From the NCBI GenBank assembly GCA_964359735.1, contig CAYHTZ010000004.1, positions 409 through 64,408 on the forward strand: a DNA stretch of 64,000 nt, written 5' to 3'. Under the pieces are notes generated by a model. It had not been told where the DNA came from. It saw nothing but the letters and a program-made list of their open reading frames with translations, and ran no database searches. Shown in pieces: positions 59,722-64,000 of this stretch (within the stretch, counting starts at the first letter, position 1; the number at the start of each line of letters is the position of its first letter). This DNA comes from an uncultured Candidatus Saccharibacteria bacterium (GTDB taxonomy: Bacteria; Patescibacteriota; Andersenbacteria; UBA10190). Made by a program: the position numbers and the translations under genes.

Positions 59722-59727
59722 GATACT

Positions 59728-61008
59728 ATGGTGAACTCTCAACCTGCAGGGGATGCGCTTTTTTCTCGTATGGGGCTTTCGCCTCAGCTTTTAGGCGTGA
59801 TTTCCGCACTCAAGTTTACGGTGCCCACGCCGATTCAGGCTCGAGCCATACCTGTCGCAGTGACCGGCAAAGACGTGATTGGCATCGCCCAAACGGGCAC
59901 CGGCAAAACGTTGGCGTTTCTGCTGCCCATGCTGCAAGCCTTGAAAGGTAGCAATAGACAAGGGCTTATTGTAGTGCCGACGCGTGAGTTGGCAGCGCAA
60001 GTGGAAGAGCAGCTGTACGACATTGGGGAAAGTTTGGGAGTACGCCAAGCACTTTTGATTGGCGGGGCATCAATGGGCAAACAAATCAGTGACATCCGCC
60101 GTTTTCCCAACGTGATTATCGGTACCCCGGGCCGTATTCTTGACCACATGAAGCAGAGGACGCTTACGTTGAATAACGTGAAAGTACTGGTGCTAGACGA
60201 AGCGGATCGGATGCTGGATATGGGATTTGCCCCGCAAATTAGAAGCATTTTGGAACAGGTGCCGCGCGAGAGGCAGACAATGCTTTTTTCGGCGACTATG
60301 CCGCCAGAAATTGCAACCATGGCGGCTCGGCACATGAAGACCCCCGTACGGGTGGAGGTAGCACGCGCGGGGAGCGTAGCCGAGTGCGTGAACCAGAAAT
60401 TATTTGTTGTGCCTCGCGATCAGAAGAATAGTTTGCTGGATAAGCTGCTCAGTGATTACACTGGCGCGGTGCTCGTATTTTCCCGCACCAAGTATGGTGC
60501 CCAGAAAGTTTGCCGCCTGGTACGAGGCATGAACCACTCGGCGGCGGAGATACATTCTAACTTGTCGCAATCGCAGCGCCGGCGTTCGCTGGCTGGATTT
60601 AAATCCGGAGCCTACCGTGTGCTGGTGGCAACGGATATTGCTGCGCGCGGGATTGATGTGGCGGACATCGAGTTAGTGATTAACTATGATTTACCAGATA
60701 AGGCCGATGATTACATCCACCGCGTGGGCCGTACGGGCCGGGCAGGGAAAGCCGGGCAGGCAATATCGTTTGTGACACCGGACCAGCAGGGTAAAATTCG
60801 GGAAATTGAGCGGGCGTTGCGCTTTGCCCTACCCGTCTCCCCGCTGCCAAGCTCTTCTCTCAAGCAGGCAGCAAGAACTTCACCAGAGAGGCGGCCGCGA
60901 GCGTTTCGACGGGTAGAATTTGCTCGTCCCAATTCTGGGCCAGCAAGACAAAAAGGCCCCGCCTTCGCCGAGGCTTCGGCGGGCAGGCGTATCCGCGTTC
61001 ACCGCTAG
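59728..61008 (+). CDS. DEAD-box ATP-dependent RNA helicase with an Arg-rich C-terminal tail
   Basis: Q-motif, AQTGTGKT (motif I), DEAD ([13 protein letters not shown]), SAT, and [10 protein letters not shown] (motif VI). Confidence 0.9.
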   Translation: MVNSQPAGDALFSRMGLSPQLLGVISALKFTVPTPIQARAIPVAVTGKDVIGIAQTGTGKTLAFLLPMLQALKGSNRQGLIVVPTRELAAQVEEQLYDIGESLGVRQALLIGGASMGKQISDIRRFPNVIIGTPGRILDHMKQRTLTLNNVKVLVLDEADRMLDMGFAPQIRSILEQVPRERQTMLFSATMPPEIATMAARHMKTPVRVEVARAGSVAECVNQKLFVVPRDQKNSLLDKLLSDYTGAVLVFSRTKYGAQKVCRLVRGMNHSAAEIHSNLSQSQRRRSLAGFKSGAYRVLVATDIAARGIDVADIELVINYDLPDKADDYIHRVGRTGRAGKAGQAISFVTPDQQGKIREIERALRFALPVSPLPSSSLKQAARTSPERRPRAFRRVEFARPNSGPARQKGPAFAEASAGRRIRVHR

Positions 61009-61019
61009 CAGAGTTTGGT

Positions 61020-62840
61020 ATGGAACCAAAGATTCGCAACGTAGCGATCATTGCCCATGTTGACCATGGGAAAACGACGTTGGTAGATGCATTACTGAAA
61101 CAGTCAGAGTCGTTCCGAACTAAAGAAGATACGGGAAATTTGATCATGGATTCGAATGAGCTAGAGCGCGAGCGAGGCATTACGATTTTCTCCAAAAATG
61201 CTTCCGTACGTTATCAGGGATATAAGATCAACATCATCGATACCCCCGGGCACGCGGATTTCGGCGGAGAGGTAGAGCGCGTTCTGAGCCTCGCTGACGG
61301 GGTGCTGCTCTTAGTAGATGCGAAAGACGGCCCCATGCCCCAAACCAAGTTCGTGCTGAAAAAAGCGCTGGAGGCGGGGCATAAGGTAATTGTGGTGATT
61401 AATAAAATTGACGTACCACAGGCAAGGCCAGCCTGGGTGTTGGATCAAACGTTTAGTTTGTTTGTGGACTTAGGCGCCAGTGAAGAGCAGGCTGAGTTTC
61501 CGGTGCTCTATGCTTCGGCTATTCAAGGTAAAGCAGGATTGACTGCCGATTTATCTGCCATGGTCAACATCGCGCCAATGTTTGAGGCGATTGTAGAGCA
61601 TATTCCGCCGCCACAGGTAAAGGAAGCGCCCATGCAAATGTTAGTTGTTAACGTGGCCTACGATTCTTACAAAGGGCAGATCGCGATCGGCCGGCTGACA
61701 TCCAGCTCTTTGCGCAAGGGCCAGCCGGTGATGCGTATTCAAGCCGATGGTACACAGGTGCCGGCTAAGGTCACGGCGGTGATGGTATTCGATGGGCTGA
61801 GCCGCGTGGAGGTAGAGGAAGTTGCCGCTGGCGATGTAGTAGCAGTGGCAGGAATCGAGAACATAAAAATTGGCGAGACAATCGCTGATGCGGAGAGGCC
61901 AGTGGCGCTGCCCACTATTGCAATTGAGGAGCCAACGGTGAAAATGAGTTTCTCGGTGAACACCTCGCCTTTTGCAGGAGACGAAGGCGGGTTTTCTACA
62001 GCCAGGCATTTAAGGAACCGTTTAGCGCAGGAAGTATTAGCGGACGTGGCGCTTAAGGTAGAGCCCATAGCCGGGTCGGATTCGGCCTTTACCGTTTCGG
62101 GCCGCGGCGAGCTTCACTTGGCTATTCTCATTGAAAAAATGCTGCGTGAGGGCTACGAGTTTCAAGTGGGGAAGCCAGAGGTGATTTTCAAGGAAGAGAA
62201 CGGTAAAACCCTAGAGCCGTTTGAGGATGTGTATTTGGAATGCCCGGAGGCAAGCGCGGGAACTGTAATTGAGAAAATGGGGCAGCGCCGGGCCGACATG
62301 AAAGATATGAAAGTACAACAGGGAACGGCCAAGATGCATTGGCTCGTTTCCACGCGCGGGCTGATTGGGTACCGCTCGGAATACCTCACGGATACGCGAG
62401 GCGAAGGTATTATGAATACTCTTTTTCATGGCTATTTACCGGAGGCGGGTAACGTGCGCCAGGGCGAGCACGGGTCGCTGGTGGCGTATGAGACGGGGGA
62501 GAGCAGGATGTACGGGCTGCTCTCGGCGCAGGGGCGGGGGAAACTATTCATTGGCCCTGGAGTGAAGGTGTACGAGGGTATGATCGTGGGGCAAAATTCA
62601 CGTGCGGAAGATATTGATGTGAATGTGTGCAAGGAGAAACAGCTTTCCAATATGCGTTCCAAGGGCGAGGGGGTGTCGGAACACTTCAACGTGCCCGTGA
62701 CACTGAGCCTGGAGGAGGCGATTGAATACTTAGGCGACGACGAGCTCTTAGAAGTAACGCCGAAGAACCTACGCCTTAGGAAAATGTATCTTTCTAAACA
62801 CGACCGCAAGCGAGCTCGGAGTAAGGCCTCGACAGACTAG
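61020..62840 (+). CDS. typA: translational GTPase TypA/BipA
   Basis: [21 protein letters not shown]1 motif, [12 protein letters not shown]. Length and layout match TypA. Confidence 0.9.
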   Translation: MEPKIRNVAIIAHVDHGKTTLVDALLKQSESFRTKEDTGNLIMDSNELERERGITIFSKNASVRYQGYKINIIDTPGHADFGGEVERVLSLADGVLLLVDAKDGPMPQTKFVLKKALEAGHKVIVVINKIDVPQARPAWVLDQTFSLFVDLGASEEQAEFPVLYASAIQGKAGLTADLSAMVNIAPMFEAIVEHIPPPQVKEAPMQMLVVNVAYDSYKGQIAIGRLTSSSLRKGQPVMRIQADGTQVPAKVTAVMVFDGLSRVEVEEVAAGDVVAVAGIENIKIGETIADAERPVALPTIAIEEPTVKMSFSVNTSPFAGDEGGFSTARHLRNRLAQEVLADVALKVEPIAGSDSAFTVSGRGELHLAILIEKMLREGYEFQVGKPEVIFKEENGKTLEPFEDVYLECPEASAGTVIEKMGQRRADMKDMKVQQGTAKMHWLVSTRGLIGYRSEYLTDTRGEGIMNTLFHGYLPEAGNVRQGEHGSLVAYETGESRMYGLLSAQGRGKLFIGPGVKVYEGMIVGQNSRAEDIDVNVCKEKQLSNMRSKGEGVSEHFNVPVTLSLEEAIEYLGDDELLEVTPKNLRLRKMYLSKHDRKRARSKASTD

Positions 62841-62858
62841 TTAGTACATAGGTGTACA

Positions 62859-63455
62859 TTGAGGAATATGCAGGCTCTTCTTCTAGATATGGACGGCGTG
62901 GTTGTTACGGGAGAGGATTTCGCCGATTGCTTGAAGCGGGATTTGGGATTAACGCGGGAGGACACCAAAGATTTTTTCACGGGAGTTTTTCGAGACTGCC
63001 AGATGGGAAAGGCAGATTTGAAAAAGAAGATTGCCCCTTACCTTTCCACATGGGGATGGAAGAAGAGTGTGGATGAGTTCTTAGAATACTGGTTTACCTC
63101 TCATAGCCGAACTGACGAGCAGTTGCTGAGGTATGTTCAGGAACTTCGAGCTAAAAAGACTCTTTGCTACTTGGTAGGTAACCAAGAAAAGTATCGAGCA
63201 GAGTACCTCGGAGAGGTCGTTGGATTAAGAAAATCTTTTGATGGCGTTTTTGTTTCAGCCGAGGTGGGGTACCTCAAAGAAGATCAAAGATTTTTTGAGC
63301 ACGTTTTGCGCGAGTTGCGTCTTCCACCTGCTGCAGTATTGCATTTTGATGATTCAGAGCGTTGTGTAGCAAGTGCTCAGGCAGCTGGCATTCGGGCGCA
63401 CTTGTACACCGGGTATCAGGACTTCGTTCAGGAAACCGAGAACTTCGTCTCTTGA
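62859..63455 (+). CDS. HAD family hydrolase
   Basis: LLLDMDGVVV DxDG motif I and a C-terminal HFDDSE motif IV. Confidence 0.7.
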   Translation: MRNMQALLLDMDGVVVTGEDFADCLKRDLGLTREDTKDFFTGVFRDCQMGKADLKKKIAPYLSTWGWKKSVDEFLEYWFTSHSRTDEQLLRYVQELRAKKTLCYLVGNQEKYRAEYLGEVVGLRKSFDGVFVSAEVGYLKEDQRFFEHVLRELRLPPAAVLHFDDSERCVASAQAAGIRAHLYTGYQDFVQETENFVS

Positions 63456-63466
63456 ACAACGCTGAT

Positions 63467-63949
63467 CTAGTGAGTCGGGGCGGGGAGGGCTGTGAAGAGT
63501 TGCACGTGGGTAGCTGAGCCGAAGGGGCCAGGGTCCGCGCCGTGGGTTTGACCATCGCTGTGGTAAGCAAGGGCTACGACGGTCAGAGTTTTCTCGTCGC
63601 TGGGTTGCAAGGGAGGAAGCGCTAGGTTGAACGTGGCGTTGCCACGAGCATTTGCTCGCAAGGTGTTTTGCGAGCCGTCGGCTTTACCGCAAGGGTAGTC
63701 GGTGATGATAGGCTTCGGAGGCAGCTTCACCCGGGAGCACCACATGGTGTAGAGACCGCCCGGAACCAGCTTTTGAAACCTTGCGGAAAGAAAAGCTTTG
63801 TCCCCAGCGACGATGTATCTCCCGCTGCCAGTGCCGGCCAGCCATTCTCCTAAGGTAAAGCCTAGCGCCTCGCCGCGTGAGAAGGGCCCCAGCGGTTTGG
63901 CGGTAACTTTGAATGGATCATGAGGGATTGGCACGTACGACATATACAC
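63467..63949 (-). CDS. hypothetical protein
   Basis: 160-aa minus-strand ORF with coding-like composition and no recognised domain. Confidence 0.35.
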   Translation of the reverse strand: MYMSYVPIPHDPFKVTAKPLGPFSRGEALGFTLGEWLAGTGSGRYIVAGDKAFLSARFQKLVPGGLYTMWCSRVKLPPKPIITDYPCGKADGSQNTLRANARGNATFNLALPPLQPSDEKTLTVVALAYHSDGQTHGADPGPFGSATHVQLFTALPAPTH

Positions 63950-64000
63950 TTGCTTACCAAGGTTCGGTGCGTGTTGTGCATCTTTTACGTCGACACGGAC

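Overview
This 64-kb window is GC-rich, densely coded bacterial chromosome. Gene content suggests a small-genome Patescibacteria/CPR-like organism, but no search was run and taxonomy is unconfirmed; the indicative genes are the bifunctional PGI/PMI, a SWIB-domain protein, DUF2795, several glycosyltransferases, a GroEL GGM tail, and many overlapping genes. Most genes are housekeeping. They include phosphohexomutase, an inositol monophosphatase, trpS and RNase J in one tight minus-strand block, uvrC/uvrA (divergent), groES-groEL with an upstream CIRCE-like operator, pyruvate kinase, fpg, dnaG-rpoD, a cyclophilin, msrA-msrB, a DEAD-box helicase and typA. Three tRNAs were read directly from the sequence: Leu-CAG, Ser-TGA and Asn-GTT. 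No CRISPR array, rRNA or mobile-element gene was seen. The main hunt results are these. (1) A three-gene cluster upstream of dnaG encodes a DUF1704/MATCAP-like metallocarboxypeptidase (HEVGTH...EEGIA), an ATP-grasp ligase and an M23 peptidase. It is a candidate peptide C-terminal ligation/trimming system, by analogy to tubulin tyrosine ligase and its carboxypeptidase. (2) Two paralogous proteins carry only the phospho-histidine swivel domain of PEP-utilizing enzymes, fused to an unknown helical N-terminal domain, and each starts immediately 3' of a tRNA gene. (3) Several eukaryote-like traits co-occur: RG/RGG-rich disordered tails on RNase J, sigma-70 and the DEAD-box helicase, thrombospondin type-3 repeats and SWIB. 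(4) A DipZ-like thiol-disulfide module is split across adjacent genes. (5) The DEAD-box helicase leader is structured and includes a hairpin that sequesters the Shine-Dalgarno sequence. (6) A 13-mer, TGACGTCATATGG, recurs at two sites, once inside a perfect 24-bp palindrome. (7) A low-GC patch lies next to tRNA-Asn. (8) An unannotated 52-aa ORF sits next to a DUF134 regulator.
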